A DNA stretch of 58,653 bases from Betaproteobacteria bacterium (GCA_031416215.1 JANOTG010000038.1:1-58653); one strand, 5' to 3'. Counted from the first letter of the stretch, positions 1 through 11,088 are shown. The notes: generated from the sequence alone by a model not told the origin. Numbers and translations: made by a program.

Positions 1-91
1 GTCTTGTCGCACAGGCTGCACCGGGCCGGTCTGACACAGGCTAGCATAGTGTCTAGGAGCGTTTGTGCCGACACAACAACAGAAAGTCCCC

Positions 92-886
92 ATGCCCCAG
101 TTTCTCAAGTACGACCAGGTCGACCATGTTGTCACACTCACCATGAACGACCCCGACAAGCGCAATCCGCTGACGGGCAATTCGGCGGTGCCGGATTTCA
201 TCGAAGCCATCAACCGCATCCACGACGACCCCCATGTGCGATGCGTCATCCTCACTGGCGCCGGCACCGCGTTCTCGTCCGGTGGAGATGTACGCAACAT
301 GCTGCCGCAGGCCAATGGCGAGGTGTCGGGCATGCAGATCCGCCACGACTACCGTACCGGCATACAAAAGCTGCCACTGGCCCTGTTCAATCTGGAGGTG
401 CCGGTGATCGCCGCGGTCAACGGCGCGGCGGTTGGCGCGGGTCTGGACCTGGCCTGCATGTGCGATATCCGCATCGCATCGGACAAGGCGAAGTTTGCCG
501 AGAGTTTTGTCAAACTGGGCATCATCCCGGGCGACGGTGGTGTCTGGTTGCTGCCACGGCTGGTGGGCATGTCACGCGCCGCGGAGATGGTATTCAGCGG
601 CGACACCATCAGCGCCGAGCTGGCACTGCAATGGGGCCTGGTGTCGCGTGTGGTGGCGCCGGATGGGTTAATGGCGGCCGCCAACGAACTGGCCAGCCGG
701 ATTGCGGCAAACCCGGGCCACGCCGTGCGCATGTCCAAACGCCTGCTGCGCGAAGGCATGCATACGCGACTCGACACGTTGCTGGAGCTGTCGGCAGCGT
801 TCCAGTCGTTGGCGCACCAGACGCAAGACCATCGCGAGGCAGTGAACGCGTTTCTGGAGAAACGCCCACCGGTGTTCAGGGGCTGA
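92..886 (+). CDS. Enoyl-CoA hydratase/isomerase (crotonase superfamily)
   Basis: Crotonase motifs AFSSGGDV, PVIAAVNGAAVGAG, CDIRIASDKAKF and LGIIPGDGG. ATG at 92 preferred over GTG at 65. Confidence 0.9.
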   Translation: MPQFLKYDQVDHVVTLTMNDPDKRNPLTGNSAVPDFIEAINRIHDDPHVRCVILTGAGTAFSSGGDVRNMLPQANGEVSGMQIRHDYRTGIQKLPLALFNLEVPVIAAVNGAAVGAGLDLACMCDIRIASDKAKFAESFVKLGIIPGDGGVWLLPRLVGMSRAAEMVFSGDTISAELALQWGLVSRVVAPDGLMAAANELASRIAANPGHAVRMSKRLLREGMHTRLDTLLELSAAFQSLAHQTQDHREAVNAFLEKRPPVFRG

Positions 887-898
887 ACCGCTCGGCGC

Positions 899-1597
899 TT
901 ACTCCAGCCAGATCGTGAAGTCCTGCGCAGGAACGCGCGAAGGGCGGTAGCTATTCACGATGTCGGTCTCGTCGGCGTAGCCCAATGCCATGCCGCAGAC
1001 CAGCATCTCGTCGGTCGATGCACCGACATGTGGCTTGATGATGCCAGCAAAACCATTCCACGCCCCTTGAGCACAGGTGTGCAAACCGCGCGCGCGCGCT
1101 GCCACCATGACGTTTTGCAGGAACATGCCGTAGTCAACGAGGCTGCCGCGGCCCATGTTGCGGTTTACCGTGAACATCATTCCGACCGGCGCATCAAAGA
1201 ACCGGTAGTTGCGCTGGTGCTGCGCATGCATCTTGTCCTTGTCGCCCTTGACAATGCCCAGCACGCCGTACAGACCCCAGCCATTGTCGCGCCGTCGGTC
1301 GATGTACGGACTGACCCACTTGGTCGGGTAATAGTCGTATTCGTCGCGGTACTGTGTTGCGACCTCCGGATTGGCGTAGATCGCATCGTGGGCCGCGCAG
1401 GCCTTGTCGATCAGGGCGTCTTTTACCGCCCCGCGCAGAACATACACTTTCCAGGGCTGGGTGTTGGTGCCCGAGGCGGCTTGTCGCGCCACATTGAGGA
1501 TCTCGGTCAGTTGCTCCTGCGACACGTCCTGCCGCGTGAAGGCGCGGCAGGAGAAGCGGGAGGTGATGGCCTGGTCAACGATTTCAGAAGAGTTCAT
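899..1597 (-). CDS. Nitroreductase family protein
   Basis: AITSRFSCRAF, AASGTNTQPW, FFDAPV and MVAARARGLHTC are FMN-nitroreductase motifs. Start at 1597 (MNSSE) or 1615. Confidence 0.9.
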   Translation of the reverse strand: MNSSEIVDQAITSRFSCRAFTRQDVSQEQLTEILNVARQAASGTNTQPWKVYVLRGAVKDALIDKACAAHDAIYANPEVATQYRDEYDYYPTKWVSPYIDRRRDNGWGLYGVLGIVKGDKDKMHAQHQRNYRFFDAPVGMMFTVNRNMGRGSLVDYGMFLQNVMVAARARGLHTCAQGAWNGFAGIIKPHVGASTDEMLVCGMALGYADETDIVNSYRPSRVPAQDFTIWLE

Positions 1598-1710
1598 GGG
1601 CGGATTTTCGCGCATGAATCCCCCGCTCGTGGCACAGACGCGACAGGCTCACTACCCCTGCGTTGGCCGCACCGCCTACGCTGCTGGGGCGCCGACCGAC
1701 GAGTGCTCGA

Positions 1711-3531
1711 TCAACGCGCCGGGCGGGCGGGCCTGGCTGGTCGCTTCAGGGTGTCGCGGGGCGAAAACGGCGTAGATGGTGAACGCGCCGGGCCGGCATG
1801 GGGAGCCCGGTCAGCGGCAGGTTTTGCGTAGGCCGGCTTACGCGGCGCAAAGTCGTTGTGGGGAACGAAACTGTCTTGACGCGGCGCAGCGCGGCCGGCA
1901 AAACGGTCGTTGAAGCCGCCTTCGCGTTTGTAGGAAAACCCTTCGCGCGGCGCACCGTCACGCGGCGCGAAGCCGCCGCCATCGCGCCCGCGCGCCGGGC
2001 CGAATTTGCGATCACGCGAAGGAGCTTCTGCACCGCCACGGCTGCTGCGGGCACTGAAGTTCGAGCCCGCGCGTGAATCGGGGAAGCGTTGTTGTGGCTC
2101 CAGCCCGGGTATCACTTCCGACTTGAACTGCTGGCGCGTGAATGCCTCGATATCGAAGATCCGGCGCCGATCGCGGCCCTCTGCCAGCGTGACGGCCAGG
2201 CCGTCTCGGCCGGCGCGGCCGGTACGGCCGATACGGTGCGTATAGTCCTCGGCCTTCATGGGCAGGCCAAAATTGAACACGTGCGTGATGGTCGGCACAT
2301 CGAGGCCACGCGCGGCGACATCGGTGGCGACCAGGATTTGCACATGGCCTTCGCGTAGCGCCATCAAGCGGCGATTGCGCAGGCCCTGATTCAGCGCGCC
2401 ATGCAGCGCCACAGCACTGAAGCCTTCCTGCTGCAGGTCGTTGGCCAGACCGTCACACTCGATCTGGGTGCTGGCGAAGACGATCGCCTGGTTGATGCTG
2501 GTGTCGCGAAGCCAGTGGTCGAGCAGCTTGCGCTTGTGCTGGGCGTTGTCGGCCCAGAACAAGACTTGCTTGATGTTCTGGTGCCGCTCCTGCGGCGAGT
2601 CGATCTGAAGGCGTTGTGGTTGACGCATGACTCGGGTCGCCAGCTGCTGGATACGCGGTGCCAGCGTGGCACTGAACATCATGGTCTGCTTGCGCTCGAT
2701 CGTGAGTTGGTTGATCTCGGCCAGATCATCGGCAAAGCCGAGGTCGAGCATGCGGTCGGCCTCGTCCACCACCAGGAACTGCACCTGCTCCAGCTTGATC
2801 TGCATTGAGCGCTGCAAGTCAAGCAGGCGACCCGGCGTGGCGACCACCAGGTCGGCATTCTGCAGTTTGGCTATCTGCATTTGGTAGGGCATGCCACCGA
2901 CGACGTTGGCAATGCGCAGGCCGCGGCAATGGCGCACCAGGTCGATGGCGTCATGGGCTACTTGCTGCGCCAGTTCACGTGTCGGGCACAGCACCAGGGC
3001 ACCGGGTGTTGCCGCCTTGAAATTGCGGCTGCTGGTCGGGTCTTTGCGGCGCGGCCTTTTGGGGGCTGCCTCCCCCTTGGCCAATGCCTCGGCACAGGCT
3101 CGTTCAAATTCCTCGCGCTCATGGGTCACGGCATCGGCGCGCTGCTGCAACAAGGTGTGCAACACGGGCAGCAGAAACGCAGCGGTCTTGCCACTGCCGG
3201 TCTGGCTCGAGACCATCAGGTCGATGAATTTGGAGCCCAACGAAGCATTGAGCGTACCCTGCATGGCCAGCGGTATGGTTTTTTCCTGCACCGTGGTCGG
3301 CTGGGTAAACCCAAGGTCCTGTACAGCCTGCAGCAATTCGGGCGCGATACCCATCCTGGCAAAGCCATTCGGCACCACGTCTTCGACCAGCGGCGACGTC
3401 ATGTCGGCAGCCACCAAACCGGCTGGCTCTGATAACACCGCTGTCGGCGCATCGTGCGCAAAAGGTTCCGAGGTAGAAGAGGTCAAAGTGGCGAGCGCAA
3501 CGTCGCCCTGCAATTCAAATGCATCGTTCAT
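1711..3531 (-). CDS. DEAD-box ATP-dependent RNA helicase
   Basis: Q motif (GFTQPTTVQ), motif I (SQTGSGKT), Ia (PTRELAQQ), DEAD, SAT, ARGLD and HRIGRTGR, plus an Arg/Gly-rich C-terminal tail. Confidence 0.95.
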   Translation of the reverse strand: MNDAFELQGDVALATLTSSTSEPFAHDAPTAVLSEPAGLVAADMTSPLVEDVVPNGFARMGIAPELLQAVQDLGFTQPTTVQEKTIPLAMQGTLNASLGSKFIDLMVSSQTGSGKTAAFLLPVLHTLLQQRADAVTHEREEFERACAEALAKGEAAPKRPRRKDPTSSRNFKAATPGALVLCPTRELAQQVAHDAIDLVRHCRGLRIANVVGGMPYQMQIAKLQNADLVVATPGRLLDLQRSMQIKLEQVQFLVVDEADRMLDLGFADDLAEINQLTIERKQTMMFSATLAPRIQQLATRVMRQPQRLQIDSPQERHQNIKQVLFWADNAQHKRKLLDHWLRDTSINQAIVFASTQIECDGLANDLQQEGFSAVALHGALNQGLRNRRLMALREGHVQILVATDVAARGLDVPTITHVFNFGLPMKAEDYTHRIGRTGRAGRDGLAVTLAEGRDRRRIFDIEAFTRQQFKSEVIPGLEPQQRFPDSRAGSNFSARSSRGGAEAPSRDRKFGPARGRDGGGFAPRDGAPREGFSYKREGGFNDRFAGRAAPRQDSFVPHNDFAPRKPAYAKPAADRAPHAGPARSPSTPFSPRDTLKRPARPARPAR

Positions 3532-3811
3532 GGTCAAACTTTCTCACGCCCCACGCGGCAAGCCGCGACAGAGTCGTCAATGGTCAAAAAACATCAACCA
3601 TCAAACGAAACTCAGTGCCAAACGGGTTGGCCGCAGCGTCCGGGCTGCACTCTAGAGAGGCCCTTTGGCGGGCCAGGTGTGTGAGGGGAGATGCACTAGC
3701 ACGCTACCGTAAGCAGCGCAGCCTCTGATTATGCCATGGATTCGGGTTTTCACCGATGCCCTTCGAGTGCGGCGGCGCAACCTTCCTGACTGGGACACGG
3801 TCGGCGATGGC

Positions 3812-4384
3812 CTAAACACCCATTTTGAGGAAGTGGGTGCGGTAATAGACCAGTTCATCAATAGACTCATGTACATCCGCCAGTGCCGTGTGCGCCTGCT
3901 GCTTCTTGAACGCGCTGTGCAGGTCGGGCCGCCAGCGCTTGGCCAGCTCCTTCAATGTGCTTACGTCCAGGTTGCGGTAGTGCAGATAAGCTTCCAGCCG
4001 GGGCATGTAGTTCACCAGAAAGCGGCGGTCCTGGCTGATGGTGTTGCCGCACAGCGGTGACGTGTTTTTGGGTACATACCGGGCGATGAAGTCCAGCACC
4101 TGCTGCTCGGCTTGCGCTTCGGTCACGGTGGATGCGCGGACCTTGTCGACCAAGCCACTCTTGCCATGGGTACCTTTATTCCAGGCGTCCATGGCATCGA
4201 GCACGGAATTGCTTTGGTGGATCACGAGCACCGGTCCCTCCAGCCGCGGCTCGAGATGCGGTCCGGTGACGATGACGGCAATTTCCAGCAGACGTTCAGT
4301 GACCGGCTCCAGACCGGACATTTCGCAATCCAGCCACACCAGATTCTGGTCAGACTTTGGGAGCACGGGGTTGGGTTCTGTCAT
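3812..4384 (-). CDS. orn: Oligoribonuclease
   Basis: [28 protein letters not shown] and [11 protein letters not shown] (DEDDh exonuclease). Start trimmed to MTEPN. Confidence 0.95.
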   Translation of the reverse strand: MTEPNPVLPKSDQNLVWLDCEMSGLEPVTERLLEIAVIVTGPHLEPRLEGPVLVIHQSNSVLDAMDAWNKGTHGKSGLVDKVRASTVTEAQAEQQVLDFIARYVPKNTSPLCGNTISQDRRFLVNYMPRLEAYLHYRNLDVSTLKELAKRWRPDLHSAFKKQQAHTALADVHESIDELVYYRTHFLKMGV

Positions 4385-4490
4385 GCCCCAATTGTCGCCG
4401 ACGGCAAACGGGCAACACGTGCGGCAACGCGACAGCGGCACGGATAGCACATAAACTCGCGACCTCGACCTTCTACTGCACCACCATCCG

Positions 4491-5765
4491 ATGCCTGACC
4501 TGATTTCGCCTGCCAACGCCATGACCGTCTGTTTCGCCTTGGCTCTGGCCGCTGGCACCTTGCTCAAGTTCTGGCTCGCCTCACGCCAGGTGCGGCATGT
4601 ATTCGCGCACCGCGACACGGTGCCGGCACAGTTCGCGCAGACCGTGACGCTTGCTTCGCACCGGAAAGCAGCCGACTACACCATCGCCAAGACCCGGTTT
4701 GGCGTGCTGGAACTGGCCTTGGGCGCGGCCGTGTTGTTGGGCTGGACTCTGCTGGGCGGTCTCGACGCGCTGAATCGCGGGCTGCTGGTTTTGATGGGAG
4801 CCGGCATGGCCCAGCAAATCACATTGCTGGTGGCATTCGTGCTGGTAGGCAGCCTGATGGAACTGCCAGTGGCCTGGTACCAGACATTTGTGATCGAGCA
4901 GGGTTTTGGCTTTAACAAGATGAGCCTGCGTCTTTGGCTGGTCGACCTGTTCAAATCGGCGCTGGTCGGTGCGTTGATCGGCATCCCCATCGTTGCCGTG
5001 ATCCTGTGGTTGATGGCGGCGGCAGGCCCGTCATGGTGGTTGTGGGCCTGGGCGGTATGGATGGGTTTCAATCTGATGTTGCTGATGGTCTACCCGGCCT
5101 TGATTGCGCCCTGGTTCAACAAGTTCAAACCGCTGGAAGACGAGTCTCTGAAGAGCCGGGTCAACGCGCTGATGCAACGCTGCGGCTTTGCCGCCAAAGG
5201 GCTGTTCGTCATGGATGGAAGCCGCCGTAGCGCGCATGCCAACGCGTACTTCACCGGATTTGGTGCTGCCAAACGGGTCGTGTTCTACGACACCTTGCTG
5301 GCCAAATTGTCCGCGGCCGAGGTTGACGCCGTGCTGGCACATGAGTTGGGCCACTTCCGCCACAAACACATTGTCAAACGGATCGCCAGCCTCTTTGCCT
5401 TCAGCCTGGTCGGCTTTGCATTGCTCGGCTGGCTGGCAACACAGTCCTGGTTTTTTGTCGCGCTGGGAGTCCAGCCTGATCTCAGTGCCGGCGCATCCAA
5501 TGACGCACTGGCGCTGCTGCTTTTCATGCTGGTCGTGCCGGTATTCTCGATGTTCCTGTCGCCGTGGATGGCCTGGGTATCGCGCAAACACGAATTCGAG
5601 GCGGATGCGTACGCCGTGGCGCAAACAAACCCGGCGGACCTGTCAAGCGCATTGCTCAAGCTGTACGAGGACAATGCATCGACTTTGACCCCAGATCCGG
5701 TCTATGTGACTTTTTATTATTCCCATCCACCGGCGCTGGAACGCATGGCGAGGATGGCTGCCTGA
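4491..5765 (+). CDS. M48 family zinc metallopeptidase (Ste24-like, integral membrane)
   Basis: Multiple TM segments, [20 protein letters not shown] zinc motif, EFEAD and YSHP. Confidence 0.93.
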   Translation: MPDLISPANAMTVCFALALAAGTLLKFWLASRQVRHVFAHRDTVPAQFAQTVTLASHRKAADYTIAKTRFGVLELALGAAVLLGWTLLGGLDALNRGLLVLMGAGMAQQITLLVAFVLVGSLMELPVAWYQTFVIEQGFGFNKMSLRLWLVDLFKSALVGALIGIPIVAVILWLMAAAGPSWWLWAWAVWMGFNLMLLMVYPALIAPWFNKFKPLEDESLKSRVNALMQRCGFAAKGLFVMDGSRRSAHANAYFTGFGAAKRVVFYDTLLAKLSAAEVDAVLAHELGHFRHKHIVKRIASLFAFSLVGFALLGWLATQSWFFVALGVQPDLSAGASNDALALLLFMLVVPVFSMFLSPWMAWVSRKHEFEADAYAVAQTNPADLSSALLKLYEDNASTLTPDPVYVTFYYSHPPALERMARMAA

Positions 5766-5783
5766 GGCCGCAGTGGCACACCG

Positions 5784-6119
5784 ATGAACAGCATGCTCAA
5801 GAAAAAAGACTGGTCGACCACCCCAAGGCGCGCACTGACAGCGACCGAGATTGTGACCCAGCTGGCCCAACTGCATGGCTGGACCCTGCAGGGTGAGGGC
5901 CATAACCTGACGATTGGCAAAACCTATCGCTTCGCCAATTACTACCAGACCATCGCCTTCGTCAATGCGGTGGCGTTTGTGGCGCATGTGCAGGATCATC
6001 ACCCTGAACTCGTGGTCAGTTTCAATCAGTGCGTGGTACGGTTCAACACGCATGATGTGCACGGTATCTCCGTGACTGACTTCACGTGCGCGGCGGCCAC
6101 AGACGCCCTTGTGCAATGA
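5784..6119 (+). CDS. phhB: Pterin-4-alpha-carbinolamine dehydratase
   Basis: DHHP motif and THDVHGISVTDF; 111 aa. Confidence 0.9.
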   Translation: MNSMLKKKDWSTTPRRALTATEIVTQLAQLHGWTLQGEGHNLTIGKTYRFANYYQTIAFVNAVAFVAHVQDHHPELVVSFNQCVVRFNTHDVHGISVTDFTCAAATDALVQ

Positions 6120-6153
6120 CGCGGAACGCAGGTAAAACACACGGAATGCGCGC

Positions 6154-7074
6154 TTGACCTCTGGCGCCAAACTGCAGCATGGCCTGATCATTGCCAATTA
6201 CGGACGGCATTTTCTGGTGGAGGCCGAAGACGGACACCGCGTCATCTGCCATTCCCGCGGCAAAAAGAGCGCTGGCGTGGTCGGCGACCGGGTCACCTGG
6301 CGCGTGTCCCAGGACGAGGGCACGATAGAGACGATTGCCCCACGCCGCAACCTGTTCTACCGCCGCGACGAATTGCGTGTCAAGTCGTTCGCCGCCAATC
6401 TCGACCAGGTGCTGATCCTGATCGCAGCCGAGCCGGCCTTTTCCACCAACCAGCTCAGCCGCGCCCTGATCGCCGCAGAAGCGGAGCAGATTGCACCGCT
6501 AATCGTGCTCAACAAGCAGGACATGCAGTTGCCATTCACGCGCGCCTGGGACTGGCTGCAGGCCTACCGGGACATGGGCTATACGGTGTGGCCCTGCTCG
6601 TTGAAACACGGACTGGCTGATGAACGCGAGCAACTCATGGCCCACTTGCTCGGCAAGACGACACTGGTGTTGGGGCCTTCGGGTGCAGGCAAGAGCACGC
6701 TTATCAACCAGGTTGCCGCGGGCGCGTTGGCCCAAACCGGCGAGTTGTCACTCGCCCTGCGCAGCGGCAAACACACCACGACAAGCACCACCTGGTATTG
6801 GCTCGGTAACGACCATCGATCAGCGGTGATCGACTCGCCTGGTTTTCAGGAATTCGGCCTGCACCATGTGTTGCCAATGCAACTCAGTCATCTGATGCCA
6901 GACTTCAAGGCACATGTCGGCCGCTGCCGCTTTTACAACTGCACCCACTTGCACGAGCCTGGCTGCTCCGTGATCGAGGCAATCGGTGCCAGTCCACCGG
7001 CGCCGGGTATCCATCCGGAGCGCTACCGCATCTACCAGGAGTTGTTTGCCGAGCTGTCACAACAGCGTTACTGA
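6154..7074 (+). CDS. rsgA: Ribosome small subunit-dependent GTPase A
   Basis: Circularly permuted GTPase (NKQD, GPSGAGKS, GKHTT, DSPG) with a C-terminal Zn finger CRFYNCTHLHEPGC. TTG start. Confidence 0.95.
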   Translation: MTSGAKLQHGLIIANYGRHFLVEAEDGHRVICHSRGKKSAGVVGDRVTWRVSQDEGTIETIAPRRNLFYRRDELRVKSFAANLDQVLILIAAEPAFSTNQLSRALIAAEAEQIAPLIVLNKQDMQLPFTRAWDWLQAYRDMGYTVWPCSLKHGLADEREQLMAHLLGKTTLVLGPSGAGKSTLINQVAAGALAQTGELSLALRSGKHTTTSTTWYWLGNDHRSAVIDSPGFQEFGLHHVLPMQLSHLMPDFKAHVGRCRFYNCTHLHEPGCSVIEAIGASPPAPGIHPERYRIYQELFAELSQQRY

Positions 7075-7099
7075 TGAATGCGTCGCCGTCCCGACAGGC

Positions 7100-8086
7100 T
7101 CAGCCCAACAGGCGCGCCAGCGACAGCAGAAACAGCAGGATCATCCACATCAACACCGAACGCCAGACCAACCCCACAACCGTACGCAAATGACCGATGT
7201 ACGGTGCCTGCCCGATCCCGCCTGCACTGGAAGTTGGACCCGGACCGACCTCCCCGTCCGCTACCGGGTTCGTTTCGATCGGGGTGTCTGGGGCACCGTC
7301 GCCCAGGCGGACATTGATGGCTCCCGCCGTGGCACTGAGAATGACGCCATCATTGGTACCGTGGCCTCGTTGCTGGTAATTGCGCCAACTCTCTATGGCC
7401 TCCTCGAAGCTGCCCACTACGGCGAAACCTATCGCAGTGATTCGCGCTGGCAACCAGTCCACCCATTGCCAGACCTGCTGAGCCATCGATTGCGACGCCT
7501 GGCTCACCGGTTGCAGCGTTGCCAGGCTGCGGTGGCTCCAGTAACGCGGCACAAATTCACACAGTCGGTAAAACACGGCGCCAGCAGGGCCAAAACCAAA
7601 CGCTGCGAGAACCGAGAACCAGGCAATCACCCCAAAAACATGGCGATGCGCTTCGATCACCGAGTGCTCGATGACCTGTCCAACCAGTGCACTGTGGGAC
7701 AGCGTTCCGGTTTCCTGTTGCCGCCACTCACCCAGCAACTGGCGCGCTTTGCTCTCGTCCCCATCATCCAGGGCATTTCGGATACCGGTGAAGTGGTGGC
7801 TGAACTGCCGAAACCCGAGCGTGATGTACAACACCAACACGCTCCAGAGCACGGCCAGCGGCCAGCCTGTGAACAACGACAGCGACCAATACACGGCAAA
7901 CACCAGCAACGTCGGCAACAGCGCGGCGAAGCTCCACGCAAGTGCCGCCTGTTGTGGTCGTCCGGCATCGAAACTGCGTGCCGCCCAGCGCACCCAACTG
8001 CGCAACCATCCGTGGATCGGATTGCCGCGCGCCATCGGGCGGGCCTGCTCGATCATCAGCGCCATGAGGATTGCTATGAAACTCAT
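7100..8086 (-). CDS. CobD/CbiB-family (AmpE-like) membrane protein
   Basis: Hydrophobic; HRHVFGVIAWF, GPAGAVFYRL, DWLPARITA and GAINVRLG resemble the CobD/CbiB family. Start trimmed to MSFIAIL. Confidence 0.75.
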   Translation of the reverse strand: MSFIAILMALMIEQARPMARGNPIHGWLRSWVRWAARSFDAGRPQQAALAWSFAALLPTLLVFAVYWSLSLFTGWPLAVLWSVLVLYITLGFRQFSHHFTGIRNALDDGDESKARQLLGEWRQQETGTLSHSALVGQVIEHSVIEAHRHVFGVIAWFSVLAAFGFGPAGAVFYRLCEFVPRYWSHRSLATLQPVSQASQSMAQQVWQWVDWLPARITAIGFAVVGSFEEAIESWRNYQQRGHGTNDGVILSATAGAINVRLGDGAPDTPIETNPVADGEVGPGPTSSAGGIGQAPYIGHLRTVVGLVWRSVLMWMILLFLLSLARLLG

Positions 8087-8162
8087 GGGCAGATGATACG
8101 GGCTGCAATCACAACACGACCAAGCCAAGCAGGGTTATGGCTCGGTATACGCGTGCCCGAGC

Positions 8163-8867
8163 TCAGGCGACCAGGAACCGGTACAGATTGCGCAACATGC
8201 CGGCAGTGGCACCCCAGATAAACCGCTCCGAGGTGCCATCGTGAAATGGCATGGAAATCCAGTGGCGCGCAACTCCCTGTGATACGTGCTGGTGCCAGCG
8301 GTGGTTTGCCGGATCCATCAGGAATTCCAACGGGACCTCAAACATGTCTTCGACTTCATTCACGTTGCGCTCCAGGGTGAAGCCGTCACGTACCAGCGCC
8401 ACAACCGGGGTGATGACGAACGCACTGCCGGTCACATAGACCGGAAGCGCACCCAACACGTGCACAAAGTGCTGGCTCAGACCCACCTCCTCCCGCGCTT
8501 CACGCAAGGCAGTGGCCACGAGGTCTGCGTCCTGTTGGTCATGTTTTCCGCCAGGGAAGGCGATTTGGCCGGAATGGGTTGACAAATGACCCGTGCGCTG
8601 CGTCAGCAACACTGTGGGCTGTTCACGCAAAACAATCGGCACCAGCACGGATGCAGCAACACACGACCGATCCGCATAACGCGGCTCGATGGAGAACTCT
8701 GGCGTCCAGACGGGAGGCGCATCGAACCGTGCCCGCAGCGACGCGGCATGCAGTTGCGTCCCCCGTACCGCAGGTAAATGCCCGTCAACCGACTGAACGG
8801 GAACCCGGCGCGGGTCGAAGCCGGGCAATTTGGACAGCGGTACGGCGGCCTTCAATGCGTCAGACAT
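8163..8867 (-). CDS. CoA pyrophosphatase (Nudix, NudL/PCD1-like)
   Basis: LLTQRTGHLSTHSGQIAFPGG, Nudix box ALREAREEVGL and IWGATA. Confidence 0.9.
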   Translation of the reverse strand: MSDALKAAVPLSKLPGFDPRRVPVQSVDGHLPAVRGTQLHAASLRARFDAPPVWTPEFSIEPRYADRSCVAASVLVPIVLREQPTVLLTQRTGHLSTHSGQIAFPGGKHDQQDADLVATALREAREEVGLSQHFVHVLGALPVYVTGSAFVITPVVALVRDGFTLERNVNEVEDMFEVPLEFLMDPANHRWHQHVSQGVARHWISMPFHDGTSERFIWGATAGMLRNLYRFLVA

Positions 8868-8878
8868 CGTGTCAAGTG

Positions 8879-8915
8879 AAAAAAAGGCCGCCCGGGCATT
8901 CTGCACGGCGGCCTT
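8879..8915 (-). terminator. Intrinsic terminator of the rpsP-rimM-trmD-rplS operon
   Basis: Inverted repeat aaggccgcc (8884-8892) / ggcggcctt (8907-8915) with an A7 run at 8879-8885, which is a U-tail on the minus strand, just after the rplS stop. Confidence 0.8.
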
Positions 8916-8933
8916 GACCCGACAGCGCCGCAG

Positions 8934-9308
8934 TTAAGCGGCGACCGCCTTCTTGGAGGACAGCTTTTCCTTGATACGTGCCGACTTGCCGCTGCGGTCG
9001 CGCAAATAATAAAGCTTGGCGCGGCGCACATCACCGCGGCGCTTGACTTCGATGCCCGCGATCAACGGACTATAGGTCTGGAAGGTACGCTCCACGCCTT
9101 CGCCGCTGGAAATCTTGCGCACAATAAAGCCGCTGTTGAGACCGCGATTGCGCTTGGCAATCACCACGCCCTCGTAGGCCTGCACCCTCTTGCGAGTGCC
9201 CTCGACAACGTTCACGCTCACCACCACAGTATCACCAGGGGCGAAATCAGGGATTTTCTTCCCGAGACGGGCAATTTCTTCTTGCTCCAGGGTTTGGATC
9301 AGGTTCAT
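8934..9308 (-). CDS. rplS: 50S ribosomal protein L19
   Basis: [17 protein letters not shown] and [14 protein letters not shown]. Confidence 0.99.
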   Translation of the reverse strand: MNLIQTLEQEEIARLGKKIPDFAPGDTVVVSVNVVEGTRKRVQAYEGVVIAKRNRGLNSGFIVRKISSGEGVERTFQTYSPLIAGIEVKRRGDVRRAKLYYLRDRSGKSARIKEKLSSKKAVAA

Positions 9309-9439
9309 GGTTTCCTCTACAGATCATGTTTGCGCCAACGCCGACATGGCGTGTTAGGCCTCCGACGAACGCGGAGGCGGCCGAACAGAGGATCGGACAG
9401 CCCTCCAGTATAACAAGTCTGGATGCGCCGACCGCTGGG

Positions 9440-10198
9440 TCACTGGGCGCCAGCCGCAAGGCCAGCCAAACATTCTTCATCCCGCGGGCTCAGCAGACCG
9501 CATTGGCGTGCCTGCAGGATCAGATCGGGCCGGTGGTTCTGCGTCAGCAAGAGACGCTTATCGCGTCGCCAGCGTTCGATCTGCCCGTGGTGCCCGGACA
9601 ACAACGGCCCTGGCACGGCAAGCCCGCGCCACACCTCAGGACGGGTGAAATGCGGCGCGTCAAGCAGACCGTCGATTGCCGGGTTAAAACTATCCTGCAG
9701 GTATCCATCGTCGTCGCTCAGTACGCCGGGCTGGAGCCGAGCCACCGCGTCGAGCAAAGCCATGGCGGCCAGTTCGCCCCCGGACAGGACAAAGTCGCCC
9801 AGGCTGAGTTGTTCGTCCACCTCGCTGTCTATAAACCGCTGATCCACACCCTCGTAACGGCCGCACACCAGGATGGCACCTTCGCTGCTGGCCCAGCGCT
9901 GCACGACGGCATGGCGCAGGGTTTGACCGACGGGCGAAAAAAGCACCACGGGTGCAGCCGCCGCGCGGCGCACCCGGATCGCCGCCAGGCAGGCGTGAAG
10001 CGGCTCGGCCATCAACAACATGCCGGGCCCGCCGCCGAAAGGCCGGTCGTCTACCCTGCGGTAATTGCCGCTTGCAAATTCACGCGGGTTGGACAGGTGT
10101 ACATCGACCAAACCGGACTCAAAGGCGCGCCTTGTCACTCCCACCTGGAGAAAGGGCGTAAACAGTTCGGGAAACAAGGTGATGACATCAAACCGCAT
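9440..10198 (-). CDS. trmD: tRNA (guanine37-N1)-methyltransferase
   Basis: [32 protein letters not shown] and [11 protein letters not shown]; operon context. Confidence 0.97.
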   Translation of the reverse strand: MRFDVITLFPELFTPFLQVGVTRRAFESGLVDVHLSNPREFASGNYRRVDDRPFGGGPGMLLMAEPLHACLAAIRVRRAAAAPVVLFSPVGQTLRHAVVQRWASSEGAILVCGRYEGVDQRFIDSEVDEQLSLGDFVLSGGELAAMALLDAVARLQPGVLSDDDGYLQDSFNPAIDGLLDAPHFTRPEVWRGLAVPGPLLSGHHGQIERWRRDKRLLLTQNHRPDLILQARQCGLLSPRDEECLAGLAAGAQ

Positions 10199-10211
10199 CG
10201 GCGAATCCCGG

Positions 10212-10784
10212 TCAGTAATCGGCCTGCCAATCGACCTGGATGCGCCGCCCCTCCAAATCCACCGAGTCCACATACTTGGCCACGAAGGGAATCATGTGCT
10301 CGATGGATTTTCCGCCGAGATCGAGTTGACACACCAGCACCGTTTGCGCGGCCGTCGCCAGCAATTCCGAAACGCGCCCCAGGGCCTGTCCGTCGCGATT
10401 CACCACGTCAAGACCAATCAGGTCGACCCAGTAATACTCGTCAGGCGCGGTGCTGGGGAAGCCGGAGCGGGGTATGAATACACGCGACCCGCGCAGACCC
10501 AGCGCCTTGTCCCGATCATCAAAACCATGGGCCAGCGCCACGATGTGAGCCCCATGTTCCCGTGCTTCGCTGATACGCAAGACTGACGCCGGCACCGGAG
10601 TGGAGTCCGCCCTGTGGACGCTCTGTGGCGGTAGCAGAAACCAGCGTTTCGAGGAAAAGAGCGCCTGCGGGTCGGCGCTATAGGCATGCAACTTGAACCA
10701 GCCCTTGACTCCCCAAGGTTCCGCCACGCGCGCTACTTCAATTGCATCGGGCGGCAGATCGACCGCGTCATGTTGGGGAAACAT
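10212..10784 (-). CDS. rimM: Ribosome maturation factor RimM
   Basis: [24 protein letters not shown] and terminal VDWQADY; lies between rpsP and trmD. Confidence 0.95.
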   Translation of the reverse strand: MFPQHDAVDLPPDAIEVARVAEPWGVKGWFKLHAYSADPQALFSSKRWFLLPPQSVHRADSTPVPASVLRISEAREHGAHIVALAHGFDDRDKALGLRGSRVFIPRSGFPSTAPDEYYWVDLIGLDVVNRDGQALGRVSELLATAAQTVLVCQLDLGGKSIEHMIPFVAKYVDSVDLEGRRIQVDWQADY

Positions 10785-10836
10785 CGGGCAACCCCACCCT
10801 GCTATCGCATACCGGGCCTGCTCGGGACCAGGCGAA

Positions 10837-11088
10837 TCAAGTTGCCTTTTTGGCTGCCTGCGCAATCAGGCGCTCGACCGTGGTAGAAGCTTGTGCCCCA
10901 ACACTCTTCCAGTAGGTCATACGGTCCTGTGCGATGCGGATGCTTTCCTCGTTCGCGGTCGCGATCGGGTTGTAAAAGCCAATGCGCTCGATGAAGCGAC
11001 CGTCGCGGCGGGTGCGCTTGTCTGCCACCACGATATTGAAAAACGGGCGCGCCTTGGCGCCACCACGGGCAAGTCGGATAACGACCAT
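10837..11088 (-). CDS. rpsP: 30S ribosomal protein S16
   Basis: [20 protein letters not shown] and [14 protein letters not shown]. Confidence 0.99.
   Translation of the reverse strand: MVVIRLARGGAKARPFFNIVVADKRTRRDGRFIERIGFYNPIATANEESIRIAQDRMTYWKSVGAQASTTVERLIAQAAKKAT

Noticed and set aside
7100-8086. CobD/CbiB-like gene as evidence of cobalamin synthesis
   Set aside because: No other cob/cbi genes are nearby. An orphan of this family beside rsgA does not establish the pathway.
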